Below are positions 19,181 to 30,031 of a stretch of 64,000 nt of DNA, one piece after another. This DNA is from Candidatus Latescibacterota bacterium (GTDB lineage Bacteria > Latescibacterota > UBA2968): NCBI GenBank assembly GCA_965222605.1, contig OZ244960.1, forward strand, positions 5,600,001 to 5,664,000, written 5' to 3'. The notes below the pieces were generated by a model. That model made no database searches. It had not been told where the DNA came from and worked only from the letters and a program-made list of their open reading frames with translations. The translations under genes and the position numbers were made by a program. Every line of letters begins with the position of its first letter. Position 1 is the first letter of the stretch.

Positions 19181-19900
19181 ATGTCGGTATTAAAAAAACT
19201 CCAAAAAATCTGCGATCAGAATCCGACGTCCATTTTATTTGCGCGCCTGGCAGATGGGTTGTTGCAGCAAGGAGAGGTCGCACGCGCAATTGAGGTTTGT
19301 CGCCGCGGATTGCGCTATCGACCGTCATATACGGCGGGCCACGTGGTGATGGGCAAGTGCTATCAGGCGACCGGGCATTATGAAGAAGCGCGTCTGGCGT
19401 TTCAAAGGGTATTGCAATTAGATGCCGGTCATCTTGCCGCACGCTGGTATATGGGCAAAATCGCTTTGCAATTGGGCCGTGACGACCTCGCGCTCAAATA
19501 TTTTGAACAGGCTCATGTACGCGATCCATTTAGTCTCGAACTCATAGAGCAGATTCGCAAACTCAAAGGCGAGGCGGTTAAAGAGGAGCAAGACAACGGT
19601 CCTGAGTCTGACGGTCCTGGAGTCGTATCAGAGAGCGAGGCATTTGCTCAGGCTCTCTTAGAGAAAGATGTCGAGGACGATTTAGATGTACTGGTTATGT
19701 CGCTCAAACGCGAACCAAAATCCGGGGGAGAAGCCCCTGTTATTGCAACGATCACGTTGGCCGAGCTTTACGCGAGCCAGGGCCTTATTCAGGAGGCCAT
19801 CGCAATTTTTGAACAGGTGATTGCACGCGAACCCGACAATGAGCATATTATTGCCCGCCTGGATGCGTTGCGGAATCTGCCGGAATCAGAGGGATTATGA
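19181..19900 (+). CDS. tetratricopeptide repeat protein
   Basis: TPR helices, acidic linker, C-terminal TLAELYASQG TPR. Confidence 0.85.
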   Translation: MSVLKKLQKICDQNPTSILFARLADGLLQQGEVARAIEVCRRGLRYRPSYTAGHVVMGKCYQATGHYEEARLAFQRVLQLDAGHLAARWYMGKIALQLGRDDLALKYFEQAHVRDPFSLELIEQIRKLKGEAVKEEQDNGPESDGPGVVSESEAFAQALLEKDVEDDLDVLVMSLKREPKSGGEAPVIATITLAELYASQGLIQEAIAIFEQVIAREPDNEHIIARLDALRNLPESEGL

Positions 19901-20396
19901 ATCAATCCGAAAGTGAGTATGACGGAATTGCGGAGGCCTATAGGGATTCCAAGCAACTCTCATTCCGAAAATATGTGGCACAACTCGATATGGCTGAATC
20001 TGTCGATGTCGTGATGGCGATGTATCTTTTAAATTATGCCGGGACAAAAGAGGAACTTCTCAATTTTGTCCATGTGGCTTATAATAGACTGCGACCGGGG
20101 GGCGATTTATCGGATTCAATGACAATGTCCAGGATGTTCCCAGGGGAACTATCTCCTTCGCCCAATACGGCGATGTTATTTCGTATCAAATGATCAATGA
20201 AGATGGCACGCGGTTTGAGTTTAAGAATTATTTTCTCAAACCAGAAACGTATCAGTGGGCCTTTCAGAAAGCTGGTTTTTCCGATTTTCAATGGATTGGT
20301 GCGTTTATACACCCATCTCAGCAGCACAACCCATTTTGGGATGCTTTTATATCTCATCCCCCACTTATTGGCTTTAGCGCGTCAAAGCAAGGATAA
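19897..20396 (+). pseudogene. class I SAM methyltransferase pseudogene (internal deletions plus frameshift)
   Basis: YDGIAEAY...AMYLLNYA...LRPGG then shift in G-run to RFIGFNDN...YQWAFQKAGF; SAM motif I missing. Confidence 0.7.
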
Positions 20397-20400
20397 TTTT

Positions 20401-20958
20401 ATGGTTTCTACTTCTGACTTTCGCAATGGTATGGTTATTCGCCTGGATGGGCAGCTTTTTTTTATGACTGAGTTTGAGCATTTTAAGCCCGGCAAAGGTG
20501 CTGCGGTCGTGCGCACCAGGCTCAAGGGTGTAAAGTCGGGTGCTGTGATTGACCGCACATTCCGGTCGGGCGACAAAGTAGATGATGTTCGCCTGGAAAA
20601 ACGAAAGAGCCAATACTTATATAAACAAGATACGTTTTACATTTTTATGGATACCCGCACCTACGACCAATACGAAGTGACCACAGAGACTGTGGGCGAT
20701 GCGCAAAAGCTGTTGCAGGAAAATGAGATTGTCGATGTACTGATTGCCGAGGGAAGTGCCCTGGGTGTGGAACTGCCCATTTTTGTGAAATTGAAAGTCG
20801 ATCAAACCGATCCCGGCTTGCGAGGCGATACGGCCACTGGCGGCACAAAGCCCGCGCGCGTAGAGACCGGGGCGACAGTACAGGTTCCGCTATTTGTCGA
20901 GATTGGCGATGTGTTAAAAATTGATACGCGCACCCAATCTTATGTCGAACGGGTTTAG
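20401..20958 (+). CDS. efp: elongation factor P
   Basis: KPGKGAA, PGLRGDT, VPLFV. Confidence 0.97.
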   Translation: MVSTSDFRNGMVIRLDGQLFFMTEFEHFKPGKGAAVVRTRLKGVKSGAVIDRTFRSGDKVDDVRLEKRKSQYLYKQDTFYIFMDTRTYDQYEVTTETVGDAQKLLQENEIVDVLIAEGSALGVELPIFVKLKVDQTDPGLRGDTATGGTKPARVETGATVQVPLFVEIGDVLKIDTRTQSYVERV

Positions 20959-20967
20959 GAGATCATT

Positions 20968-21453
20968 GTGAAAATTTCCAAACAGATAATAGCGAGTGCA
21001 AAAGAACTCATCGATCTGATTGGTGCCGATGATGTGCAGGAAGTTGAGATTGAACGCAAGCTCTTTGGGCGCGGGCGCATTCGCATTGTGCGCGCAAGTA
21101 AGCAAGTCCCCATTTTGCAAACGCTGGCCGCACAACCGGCGTCAGCATCTGCACCTGTTGATGCACTTGAGTCTCCGGCTGAAGATGCAGTAAGTGAAGA
21201 CGATGGCCGCTATCATACTTTGCGATCGCCTATGGTGGGTATGTTTTACCAATCGCCAGACCCCGATGCACCGCCTTATGCAACAGAGGGCGATGAGGTG
21301 ACGAGAGGACAGACCCTGTGCATTATTGAAGCCATGAAAATTATGAATGAAATCGAGTGTGATGTGAATGGTCGTGTGGTGCGCGTACTGGTTGAAAATG
21401 CCGCACCCGTCGAATACAATACGCCCTTGTTTTTAATTGATCCACAAAAGTAG
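20968..21453 (+). CDS. accB: acetyl-CoA carboxylase biotin carboxyl carrier protein
   Basis: SPMVGMFY, EAMKIMNE biotinylation motif. Confidence 0.95.
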   Translation: MKISKQIIASAKELIDLIGADDVQEVEIERKLFGRGRIRIVRASKQVPILQTLAAQPASASAPVDALESPAEDAVSEDDGRYHTLRSPMVGMFYQSPDPDAPPYATEGDEVTRGQTLCIIEAMKIMNEIECDVNGRVVRVLVENAAPVEYNTPLFLIDPQK

Positions 21454-21552
21454 CCGTGACCCTTTCGGGGATGCACGTTCGCTTATTGTCGCTTGCCCTC
21501 CCCCTGCGAATGAGCAGGCCCTATTGACCTTTCCTTTTTTGAGATCATACCC

Positions 21553-22896
21553 TTGTTTGAGAAAGTTCTCATTGCCGACCGCGGCGAGATTGCGCTGCGT
21601 ATTATCCGAGCCTGTAAAGAGTTGGGCCTGAAAACTGTGGCCGTTTACTCCGAAGCGGATAGCAATTCACTGCATGTCGGTATGGCCGATGAAGATGTTT
21701 GTATTGGTCCACCTCCCGGCGAGCAAAGTTATCGAAATATCCCGCGCATTTTAAGTGCTGCTGAAGTGACTAATGCCGATGCGATTCATCCGGGCTATGG
21801 GCCGCTGGCCGAGAATGCCGAGTTTGCCGAAATTTGCGGCACCTGCGGCATTGTTTTTATTGGCCCATCTGCCGAAGCGATACGCAAAATGGGCGATAAG
21901 GCCATTGCAAGAGAGACCATGCAAGAGGCCGGTGTGCCCGTTGCGCCGGGTACAGGGGTTTTGGAGAGCTATGAGGAAGCCCAACAGGCCGCGCGTAGCA
22001 TTGGATACCCCGTGCGTCTCAAGGCCGTGGCAGGCGGAGGCGGACGGGGAATGCGCACTGTGTTTTCAGAGGGCGAGTTGGAACGCGCGTGGCAAATGGC
22101 GCAGGCCGAGGCGCGGGCGGCATTTACGTCGGGTGCGCTCTATTTGGAAAAAGAGATTGTGCAGCCCCGGCATGTTGAGATTCAAGTGTTGGGAGATTTG
22201 GCGGGGAATATTGTGCATTTGGGGGAACGCGAGTGTTCGGTGCAGCGTCGGCACCAAAAGCTCATTGAAGAGTCGCCTTCTCCTGTGGTCGATGACGCCA
22301 TGCGCCAGCGCATGGGAGATGCCGCTATTAAAGGTGCCCTCTCGGTTGGATATGCCAGTGCTGGCACGGTTGAGTTTTTGCTCGACGCTTCCGGTGACTT
22401 TTATTTTTTGGAAATGAACACGCGCATTCAGGTCGAACACCCGGTTACGGAGATGGTGGCAAGACTCGATCTGGTCAAATGGCAGATCCACATCGCAGCC
22501 GGTGCATCTCTTCCAATGTCTCAAGATATGCTTGATTTCAAAGGGCATGCTATTGAGTGTCGGATCAATGCCGAAGACCCCGAGCACAATTTCAGGCCCG
22601 CACCCGGCACAATTACTTCTTTTCACATGCCGGGTGGCCCGGGCATTCGCATTGATTCACATGTATATACGGGATATACCGTTCCCCCTCAGTACGATTC
22701 CCTTTTGGTCAAGCTCATCGGATATGGCGACACGCGCGACGAGGCAATTGCGCGGGTGATACGCGCGCTGGAAGAGTTTGTGATCGAAGGCGTGCCAACG
22801 ACCATTCCCTTTCATCTCCATGCCTTGCAACATGAGGATTTTAGAACAGGACGAGCAACAACAGAATTTGTGAACAAGTTGGGCTATGGGGGTTGA
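21553..22896 (+). CDS. accC: biotin carboxylase
   Basis: [28 protein letters not shown]. Confidence 0.97.
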   Translation: MFEKVLIADRGEIALRIIRACKELGLKTVAVYSEADSNSLHVGMADEDVCIGPPPGEQSYRNIPRILSAAEVTNADAIHPGYGPLAENAEFAEICGTCGIVFIGPSAEAIRKMGDKAIARETMQEAGVPVAPGTGVLESYEEAQQAARSIGYPVRLKAVAGGGGRGMRTVFSEGELERAWQMAQAEARAAFTSGALYLEKEIVQPRHVEIQVLGDLAGNIVHLGERECSVQRRHQKLIEESPSPVVDDAMRQRMGDAAIKGALSVGYASAGTVEFLLDASGDFYFLEMNTRIQVEHPVTEMVARLDLVKWQIHIAAGASLPMSQDMLDFKGHAIECRINAEDPEHNFRPAPGTITSFHMPGGPGIRIDSHVYTGYTVPPQYDSLLVKLIGYGDTRDEAIARVIRALEEFVIEGVPTTIPFHLHALQHEDFRTGRATTEFVNKLGYGG

Positions 22897-22938
22897 AGCC
22901 CATTCTCACCCATAGGCAAAGGTACAAAGGAGCAGAAA

Positions 22939-23322
22939 ATGTCGGATATTCCAAAAGATTTACTTTTTAATAGCGATCACGACTGGGTTCGAATTGAAGG
23001 TGATACGGGCACATGTGGGATTACGGATTACGCGCAGGGCGAGTTGGGCGATATTGTATTTTTAGAATTGCCAGAGCCTGGCGATTTTGTCGCTCAGGGG
23101 GAGTCTTATGGCATAATTGAGGCGGTCAAGACTGTGTCCGATCTCATTGCACCGGTTTCGGGTGAGGTGGTTGATGTCAATACCCAGTTGACAGATGATG
23201 CTGCTCTGGTCAATGACGAGCCTTATGGTGATGGGTGGATGATTCAAGTGCGTCTTTCAGATCCTTCAGAGACAGAGTTTTTAATGGATGCACATGCCTA
23301 TGCGGGCCTGGTTGATGAGTAA
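22939..23322 (+). CDS. gcvH: glycine cleavage system H protein
   Basis: GITDYAQGELGD, EAVKTVSD lipoyl Lys, PYGDGW. Confidence 0.95.
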   Translation: MSDIPKDLLFNSDHDWVRIEGDTGTCGITDYAQGELGDIVFLELPEPGDFVAQGESYGIIEAVKTVSDLIAPVSGEVVDVNTQLTDDAALVNDEPYGDGWMIQVRLSDPSETEFLMDAHAYAGLVDE

Positions 23323-23370
23323 GAGATGTTGCGCCATTTTGCCCGATCTATAAGAAAGAGGATTTGTGCA

Positions 23371-23493
23371 ATGCGTATTCAAACGGGTGTCAATTCTGAG
23401 TTTGAAGACCAATTGTGGCCTGCTGCCATCAAATTCCAAGGCACCATGGACGTGGCCGAGTACAAGCATGTTGTGCTCGGCTTTATTTTTTAA
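23371..23493 (+). pseudogene. type I restriction-modification HsdM N-terminal remnant
   Basis: Manual translation MRIQTGVNSEFEDQLWPAAIKFQGTMDVAEYKHVVLGFIF* resembles the HsdM LW.AA..LRG.MD..EYK..VLGLIF motif. Confidence 0.7.
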
Positions 23494-23659
23494 TTACATT
23501 TTAGTTTGAGTTTTACACCGAGCGGGGCAATTCTATTCCTGCTGTACTAAAAGAATGGAAAGCTATTTGCCGGTCAGATGATGAATTTGCTGAAATTAGA
23601 AACCAATGGATACGCCAGAATTAGCATGAACGTTTCGATTAGTAGGACAGGAGTTCGCA

Positions 23660-25210
23660 ATGACCCTTCAAACCCTCTTCTCCCAAATCGCTTTGGGAGA
23701 AGACAGTACCCGCCAGTTCAAGGTTGATGTGCGTAATGCCGCATCATTGGCCTCTGAGATGGCGGCGTTTGCCAATTCCAATGGGGGCACAATTTTTATT
23801 GGTGTAGCTGATGACGGTACCACACCGGGGCTTGGTATGGCGGATGTTTCCCGCATCAACCAACTCATCAGCAATGCCGCGAGTCAATTGGTGCGTAGTC
23901 CTTTGATCGTGCAGACAGAGAATGTGGCACTGGACAATGGCTGCCTCGTGATTGTGCTAACTGTGCCCAAGGGTATTGACAAACCCTATTTCGACAATAA
24001 CGGGGTAATCTGGTTGAAGACCGGGGCGGACAAGCGGCGGGTGAATTCGAAAGAAGAACTGCGTCGGCTGTTCCAGATCTCCGCGCAGTTTTATGCAGAT
24101 GAATTACCCACTCAGGCGGGCGTTGACAAATTGGATAAATTGCGTTTTCGCGATTTTTTGCGTGAGGTTCATAATCAAGATTACCCGGATACCTCCGAAG
24201 AAATGGTCCGCCTGCTCCAAAACATGAATCTCGCCACTGAGGATGGATATTTGAATCTGGCGGGCGTACTGATGTTTGCTGAGCAGCCAGAATGGATCAC
24301 ACCGCAGTTCGTCGTAAAAGCCATCCGCTATCCCGGCAATAAAATTCACGTCACAGACTATGTTGATACCGAGGATTTCGCTGGGCCATTGCCCAAGGTC
24401 TTTGATGATACCCTGGCTTTTGTCATGCGTAATTTGCACAAGGTGCAGGCCGGACGCGGCGTAAATGCGCCGGGATTGCCAGAAGTTCCAATAAGTGTGT
24501 TCGAAGAGTTGCTGGTCAATGCTCTGGTGCATCGGGATTATCTGGTAAGCGCGCCGATCCGACTGTTCATTTTCGACAATCGCATTGAAATCATCAGTCC
24601 TGGTCATTTGCCCAACAATCTGACTGTTGAAAAAATCCTATCCGGCAATTCCAATATCCGCAACCCAATTTTGGTTTCTTATGTGGCTAAGGGACTATTG
24701 CCCTATCACGGATTGGGTTCTGGCATCAAACGCGCCCTGGATGCATGGCCGCAGCTCGATTTTGTGGATGACCATGAGGGCAACTTATTTACCGCAACGG
24801 TTCACCGAAAGCCCGTAGAAGAACTGAGATTAGTGGATGCTTTGCCAAAAAGTTCGGAGAAAAGTTCGGAAAAGAATCAAAATTTAGATAAAAGTTCGGA
24901 GAAAAGTTCGGAGAAAAGTTCGGAGAAAAGTTCGGAAAAGAATCAAAATTTAGATAAAAGTTCGGAGAAAAGTTCGGAGAAAAGTTCGGAGAAAAGTTCG
25001 GAGAAAAGTTCGGAGAAAAGTTCGGAGAAAACGGATGTCGAGATTTTGGCCAGACTCACGGAAAACCCCGACATGACGATTGCCAAACTCGCTGAAGCAC
25101 TCAGTGTCACCACGCGCGCTATCGAAAAACAGCTTGCCAAACTACAAGAACAAGACCGCCTACGCCGCGTTGGTCCAGCCAGAGGGGGGCATTGGGAGGT
25201 GCTGAGTTGA
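23660..25210 (+). CDS. AlbA_2/Schlafen-like domain + HATPase_c_4 (RecG C-like) + wHTH protein
   Basis: AFANSNGGTIFIGVADDG, EELLVNALVHRDY, IEIISPG, C-terminal RVGPARGGHW. Confidence 0.85.
   Translation: MTLQTLFSQIALGEDSTRQFKVDVRNAASLASEMAAFANSNGGTIFIGVADDGTTPGLGMADVSRINQLISNAASQLVRSPLIVQTENVALDNGCLVIVLTVPKGIDKPYFDNNGVIWLKTGADKRRVNSKEELRRLFQISAQFYADELPTQAGVDKLDKLRFRDFLREVHNQDYPDTSEEMVRLLQNMNLATEDGYLNLAGVLMFAEQPEWITPQFVVKAIRYPGNKIHVTDYVDTEDFAGPLPKVFDDTLAFVMRNLHKVQAGRGVNAPGLPEVPISVFEELLVNALVHRDYLVSAPIRLFIFDNRIEIISPGHLPNNLTVEKILSGNSNIRNPILVSYVAKGLLPYHGLGSGIKRALDAWPQLDFVDDHEGNLFTATVHRKPVEELRLVDALPKSSEKSSEKNQNLDKSSEKSSEKSSEKSSEKNQNLDKSSEKSSEKSSEKSSEKSSEKSSEKTDVEILARLTENPDMTIAKLAEALSVTTRAIEKQLAKLQEQDRLRRVGPARGGHWEVLS
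24848..25030 (+). repeat. 12-bp coding tandem repeat (AAAAGTTCGGAG = KSSE) in blocks of 2, 4 and 6 separated by KNQNLD
   Basis: Directly visible in DNA and protein. Confidence 0.95.
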
Positions 25211-25515
25211 CCCGCATTATCGAACCGGCAGGCAGTTGCACCGCCCTGTCTTAATGCGAATAACTGATGTTACGCAGTTTATCGGAGCGGTGTACAACTG
25301 TACAGTCGCAGCACAACATCAGTATAGCAGGTCAAATGGTTCATGTCACCACAATATCTTGTATATTCTATTTTTTTTGAATTACAATATATTGCGTTGC
25401 TGTTTAAGAGCAGTGAATAAGGCTTGACACCTTGTAGTCAATGCGATATATCATGAGGATTTATGGTAGAGAGTGGATGGGAGGAGGCTAATCGCTATTT
25501 TTGAGGTGTTTTATC

Positions 25516-26043
25516 ATGCCCGTGACGATGCCCACAGTGCTCAATCAGTCTGTGCTGGTGCTCAATCAGAGTTACGAACCACTGCATGTGTGTTCTGTAC
25601 GCAGGGCTATTGTGCTGGTTTTTCGAGGTCGAGCAGAAGTGGTTGAAGCGTGCGACTCTCGTATCCATACGGTGAGCGATTCATTCCCCGTGCCGAGTGT
25701 GGTGCGTCTGGCCGTATATGTGCGTGTGCCTCTCAAGCCACTCGCCTTGACCAAGCGCAATATCTTAAAACGCGATGGGTTCCAGTGTCAGTATTGTGGT
25801 GTTCGCCGCGGTCCATTTACCATTGATCATGTGGTGCCGAGATCTCATAATGGGCGCAATTCATGGGACAATCTGGTATGCGCCTGTAATCGGTGCAACA
25901 ACCGCAAGGGCGACCATACGCCTGCAGAAGCCGGTTTGTCATTATTGCGCAAGCCGCAGTCTCCCAACCGCGTGACCTTTATTCGACATCATATCGGGGT
26001 GCCAGACCGTCGCTGGCGTCCCTATCTTTTTATGGATGATTAA
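25516..26043 (+). CDS. HNH endonuclease (McrA-like)
   Basis: [36 protein letters not shown]. Confidence 0.92.
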   Translation: MPVTMPTVLNQSVLVLNQSYEPLHVCSVRRAIVLVFRGRAEVVEACDSRIHTVSDSFPVPSVVRLAVYVRVPLKPLALTKRNILKRDGFQCQYCGVRRGPFTIDHVVPRSHNGRNSWDNLVCACNRCNNRKGDHTPAEAGLSLLRKPQSPNRVTFIRHHIGVPDRRWRPYLFMDD

Positions 26044-26084
26044 AAAGGCTGGGACTGGCGGTTTTTATCAGTCCCCTCAAATGC

Positions 26085-27155
26085 ATGTCTGACAAAAAGC
26101 GAATTTTGACAGGTGATCGGCCCACGGGGCGTTTGCATCTGGGGCACTATGTCGGGTCTTTGAAAAACCGCGTGGCCTTGCAAGATGATTACGAGTGCTA
26201 TTTTTTAGTGGCCGACCTGCACATGTTGACCACGCAGCCCCAAAAAGAATACATCGATGCACTGCGTGAAAATATCTATGAGATGGTATTGGACTATTTG
26301 TCTGTAGGCATAGATCCAAAAAAATCAACCATTTACCTTCAATCAACCATTCACGCTGTGTACGAGATGAATCTGTTTTTTGAGATGCTCGTGACACTGC
26401 CCCGCGTGGCGCGGTTGCCCAGTGTGAAAGATATGGCACGTGCGGCGAATATGACAGATGAGGCAATTCCATTTGGCCTGATTGGGTATCCCGTGCTTCA
26501 AAGTGCCGATATTTTGATGCCGCGCGCACATGTTGTGCCGGTGGGAAAAGACAATGAGGCACACGTTGAAGTGACGCGAGAAATTGCGCGTCGGTTCAAC
26601 GCGTATTACGGCGATGTATTTCCCATTCCCGAACTCCTCATGGGCGATGTGCCTACTCTGGTGGGGACTGATGGACAGGCCAAGATGAGCAAAAGTCTCG
26701 ACAATGCGATTTTTTTGTCTGACGATGAAAAGACGGTAGAAAAAAAAGTGCGCGGTATGTACACAGATCCCAGGCGCGTTCGCGCAGATATTCCGGGCAC
26801 TGTTGAAGGCAATCCCGTATTTGTCTATCACGATGCGTTTAATCCCAATATCGCTGAGGTTGAAGATCTCAAAATCCGCTATCGTCAGGGCTGCGTGGGC
26901 GATGTCGAAGTCAAAGATAAATTGGCCCGCGCGCTCAATGTGTTTCTCGATCCTATCCGCCAACGCCGAGCACATTTTGCGGCGCAGTCGGGTTATATCG
27001 AGCAAGTGATTTACGAAGGTACGCTCAAAACGCAAGTACTTGCACATGAAACGCTTTTGGCCATGAAAAAGGCGATGGGTTTTACCGGCGTATGGAATCG
27101 GATTTCTCGCAAAGCGCGAGATAGGATAAAAAAACAAGAGAAGGAGGCGCGATGA
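26085..27155 (+). CDS. trpS: tryptophan--tRNA ligase
   Basis: [18 protein letters not shown]. Confidence 0.96.
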   Translation: MSDKKRILTGDRPTGRLHLGHYVGSLKNRVALQDDYECYFLVADLHMLTTQPQKEYIDALRENIYEMVLDYLSVGIDPKKSTIYLQSTIHAVYEMNLFFEMLVTLPRVARLPSVKDMARAANMTDEAIPFGLIGYPVLQSADILMPRAHVVPVGKDNEAHVEVTREIARRFNAYYGDVFPIPELLMGDVPTLVGTDGQAKMSKSLDNAIFLSDDEKTVEKKVRGMYTDPRRVRADIPGTVEGNPVFVYHDAFNPNIAEVEDLKIRYRQGCVGDVEVKDKLARALNVFLDPIRQRRAHFAAQSGYIEQVIYEGTLKTQVLAHETLLAMKKAMGFTGVWNRISRKARDRIKKQEKEAR

Positions 27156-27955
27156 TTGCATCCAATTTAACGGCTCGATTCGATCCGGATGCCGCGCCTT
27201 ATGGCGTAAAGCTCGATTTGTTTGAAGGCCCGCTGGATCTGTTGCTCTTTCTCATTCAAAAAAACGAGATAGATATCTACGATATTCCCATCGCCGATAT
27301 TACGCGGCAATTTTTAGAATACGTCGAGATCATCCAGCGATTAAACTTAGAGGTCGCTGGCGATTTTGTCGTGATGGCCGCCACATTGATGCGTATCAAA
27401 TCGCGCATGTTATTGCCCTCTGATCCAGAGGCTGAGGAGGAAGAAGGAGATCCGCGCGAGGAATTGGTGCGCCGCTTATTGGAATACCAGCAATTCAGAG
27501 AAGTAGCCACGTGGATGGACGATCAGCAGACGGAGTACCGCGATGTTTTTTATCGGGGTGCTTCGATGGATTTGGAAGATATTCGAAAGCAACGCGCGGC
27601 CGAAGCCGGGGAATTTCGTCCCGTGAGCCTGTTCGAATTGCTCCGCGCCTTTAAGCAAGCAATGGATGCTGCACCAAAAGTCGATTTTCACGAGGTGACG
27701 CGGGTCGATGTGACCACAGAGGAGCGCGCCGAATACGTGCTCGATATACTTGAGCGGCGGCATCAGGTTCCATTTAGTGAACTGATTGCCAGTACACATC
27801 GCATTGTTGTTGTGGTGACATTTGTCGCGTTGCTGGAATTGATGAAAGAAGGAAAAGTTCGCGTTCAACAAGCCGATATCGATGGGGAACTCTGGGTTTA
27901 TCGCCGCGATGTTTTAGACACGGCGTCTTTTGAGGAGACCATAACCGATGTCTGA
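27152..27955 (+). CDS. scpA: segregation/condensation protein A
   Basis: [27 protein letters not shown]. Confidence 0.95.
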   Translation: MIASNLTARFDPDAAPYGVKLDLFEGPLDLLLFLIQKNEIDIYDIPIADITRQFLEYVEIIQRLNLEVAGDFVVMAATLMRIKSRMLLPSDPEAEEEEGDPREELVRRLLEYQQFREVATWMDDQQTEYRDVFYRGASMDLEDIRKQRAAEAGEFRPVSLFELLRAFKQAMDAAPKVDFHEVTRVDVTTEERAEYVLDILERRHQVPFSELIASTHRIVVVVTFVALLELMKEGKVRVQQADIDGELWVYRRDVLDTASFEETITDV

Positions 27956-28688
27956 AAGAGATGACGCGCGCGTCGCAAATTTGGCTACCGATGAAGATGC
28001 ACGCAACAAAGGCGTGGTTGAAGCGTTGTTGATTGCAGCCGATGACCCTCTGGGAGCATTGCGCCTGTCATCGGTTTTGGGACAGCATACTGGCGCAAAA
28101 GAAATTCGCGCTTATGTCAATGATCTCAATGAAGAATACGCACAGACGGGGCGCAGTTTCAGGGTTGTCGAAGTCGCGGGTGGCTTTCAATTGGCTGTAC
28201 ACAGCGAATTTGCGCCCTGGATTCGGCAACTGATGCGCGAGAAAGTCGCGCCTCGGCTTTCTCAGGCTTCCCTGGAAACCCTCGCCATTCTGGCTTTTAA
28301 GCAGCCGATTACCAAAGCAGAGGTCGAGCATATTCGCGGTGTGTCTGTCGATGGCGTTTTGCGGCAATTGATGGAAAAAGGGCTGATCCGCATTTCCGGT
28401 CGGTCAGATGCGCCTGGGCGGCCCTTGTTATACGGCACGACACGCGATTTTTTAAAGCATTTTGGCCTCAAGACCCTGTCTGATCTGCCCAGGATTCGCG
28501 AGTTGGAAGAATTGCTCCGAGAAGAGGAGCAACGGGTGGCCGAAGGCAAAGACAGCCCGTTATCGGGCGTGATCAATACTGATGGGGAAAGCGAACGGGA
28601 TACCCATGACAGAGCGCCTGAACCGGTTTCTGGCTCGCGCGGGGGTGGCTTCGCGGCGGGCGAGCGAGCGGTTGATTCAAACGGGTAG
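27948..28688 (+). CDS. scpB: SMC-Scp complex subunit ScpB
   Basis: LETLAILAFKQPIT, PGRPLLYGTT..FL..FGL. Confidence 0.95.
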   Translation: MSERDDARVANLATDEDARNKGVVEALLIAADDPLGALRLSSVLGQHTGAKEIRAYVNDLNEEYAQTGRSFRVVEVAGGFQLAVHSEFAPWIRQLMREKVAPRLSQASLETLAILAFKQPITKAEVEHIRGVSVDGVLRQLMEKGLIRISGRSDAPGRPLLYGTTRDFLKHFGLKTLSDLPRIRELEELLREEEQRVAEGKDSPLSGVINTDGESERDTHDRAPEPVSGSRGGGFAAGERAVDSNG

Positions 28689-29340
28689 CGTTAAAATAAA
28701 TGGCGCTGTTGTGACACATCCGGGGACGCGATTAAACCCGCGTAGCGATCGGGTATGTGTCAATGGCCAGGCGATCCAATCGGTTGATCGACAAACTTAT
28801 ATTTTATTACACAAACCCCCGGGATATCTGGTATCGGCGCGCGACCCGCATCATGCCCAAACAATTTACAAATTGTTGCGCGGCATTGATGCTCGGGTTT
28901 TTCCCGTCGGACGGCTCGATCTGGATACGCGAGGGGTTTTGTTGTTGATGGATGATGGCGATTTGGCATTTCGGTTGACCCATCCGCGGTATGGCGTAAA
29001 AAAAGTCTATTGCGCCTGGGTGAGCGGGCATCCCGGTGAGGCGGTATTGACAGGACTGCGAGAGGGAATGAAGCTCAGCGATGGCGTCACTGCCCCTGCA
29101 CATATTCGGGTAATGTGCGCAAGAGGTGGGGACACAGAGTTGGAATTGGTGCTTCACGAGGGGCGGAAAAGACAAGTGAAGCGAATGTGCGAAGCAGCAG
29201 GACATCGGGTGCAATCTTTGACACGCACGCATTTTGCCGGTCTCACAACGCGACATCTCAAGTTAGGCCAATGGCGGCATCTGACACAAGTAGAAGTAAA
29301 GAGGCTTCGGGAACTGGTCGGGCTGAACCATGAACAATGA
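28606..29340 (+). CDS. rluB: RsuA/RluB-family pseudouridine synthase
   Basis: S4 domain, HKPPG, VGRLD, EGRKRQVKRM. Confidence 0.85.
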   Translation: MTERLNRFLARAGVASRRASERLIQTGSVKINGAVVTHPGTRLNPRSDRVCVNGQAIQSVDRQTYILLHKPPGYLVSARDPHHAQTIYKLLRGIDARVFPVGRLDLDTRGVLLLMDDGDLAFRLTHPRYGVKKVYCAWVSGHPGEAVLTGLREGMKLSDGVTAPAHIRVMCARGGDTELELVLHEGRKRQVKRMCEAAGHRVQSLTRTHFAGLTTRHLKLGQWRHLTQVEVKRLRELVGLNHEQ

Positions 29341-30031
29341 GCAATTTATGCGCGAAAATGGGATTGTCGTTGCGATTGATGGCCCGGCAGGTGCCGGCAA
29401 GAGCACGACTGCGCGGCTTGTTGCAAAGCAAATGAGGTACCTCTATCTGGATACCGGGGCCATGTATCGCGCTGTGGGCCTGGCAGCTTTGCAACAGGGC
29501 GTTGATCCCGATGATGCCGATGACGTGACTGAATTGTGTAGCTCGCTCAATATCGCATTTGAAACGCGAGAAGGACAGTTGCAAACCCTGCTTAATGAAA
29601 AAAATATATCCGGTGCGATTCGCTCATCTGAAATTTCGCAGGCTGCGTCTCGCGTAGCTGTCCATCCGGGGGTGCGCGATGTGCTCATTGAATTACAGCG
29701 GGCCATGGGACGGGATGGAGGTATTGTTTTAGAGGGTCGAGACACTGGTACTGCTATTTTTCCAGATGCGGAATTGAAAATTTTTCTCGTTGCCGATCCC
29801 GCCGAACGCGCGCGGCGACGGCTCAGAGACCTCGAAAAAAGGGGCGAATCCGCCAAATTTGAGTCGCTGTTGGACGAAATTCGCATTCGGGATATCCGCG
29901 ACCGGGAGACGCAGTTACGGCGCGGCGCGTGGCCCGCACCTGATGCCGTATGTATAGATACCACGGAATTGTCAATAGCAGAACAAGTAGATCGGATTGT
30001 GGCACTTGCCCATCAGCAAAATAGGGCGTGA
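29330..30031 (+). CDS. cmk: cytidylate kinase
   Basis: IDGPAGAGKST, DTGAMYR, EGRDTG. Confidence 0.95.
   Translation: MNNEQFMRENGIVVAIDGPAGAGKSTTARLVAKQMRYLYLDTGAMYRAVGLAALQQGVDPDDADDVTELCSSLNIAFETREGQLQTLLNEKNISGAIRSSEISQAASRVAVHPGVRDVLIELQRAMGRDGGIVLEGRDTGTAIFPDAELKIFLVADPAERARRRLRDLEKRGESAKFESLLDEIRIRDIRDRETQLRRGAWPAPDAVCIDTTELSIAEQVDRIVALAHQQNRA

Noticed and set aside
24848-25030. Possible CRISPR array
   Set aside because: 12-bp in-frame coding repeats with identical spacers and no cas genes
25233-25300. Imperfect inverted repeat CAGTTGCACCGC / GCGGTGTACAACTG
   Set aside because: Short, gapped and single-copy; cannot be distinguished from chance
25516-26043. HNH as a mobile homing endonuclease or IscB
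   Set aside because: Ordinary stand-alone McrA-like family; no RuvC motifs, intron or element ends
28606-28688. 83-nt scpB/rluB overlap
   Set aside because: Explained by a low-complexity C-terminal extension of ScpB; common in this operon
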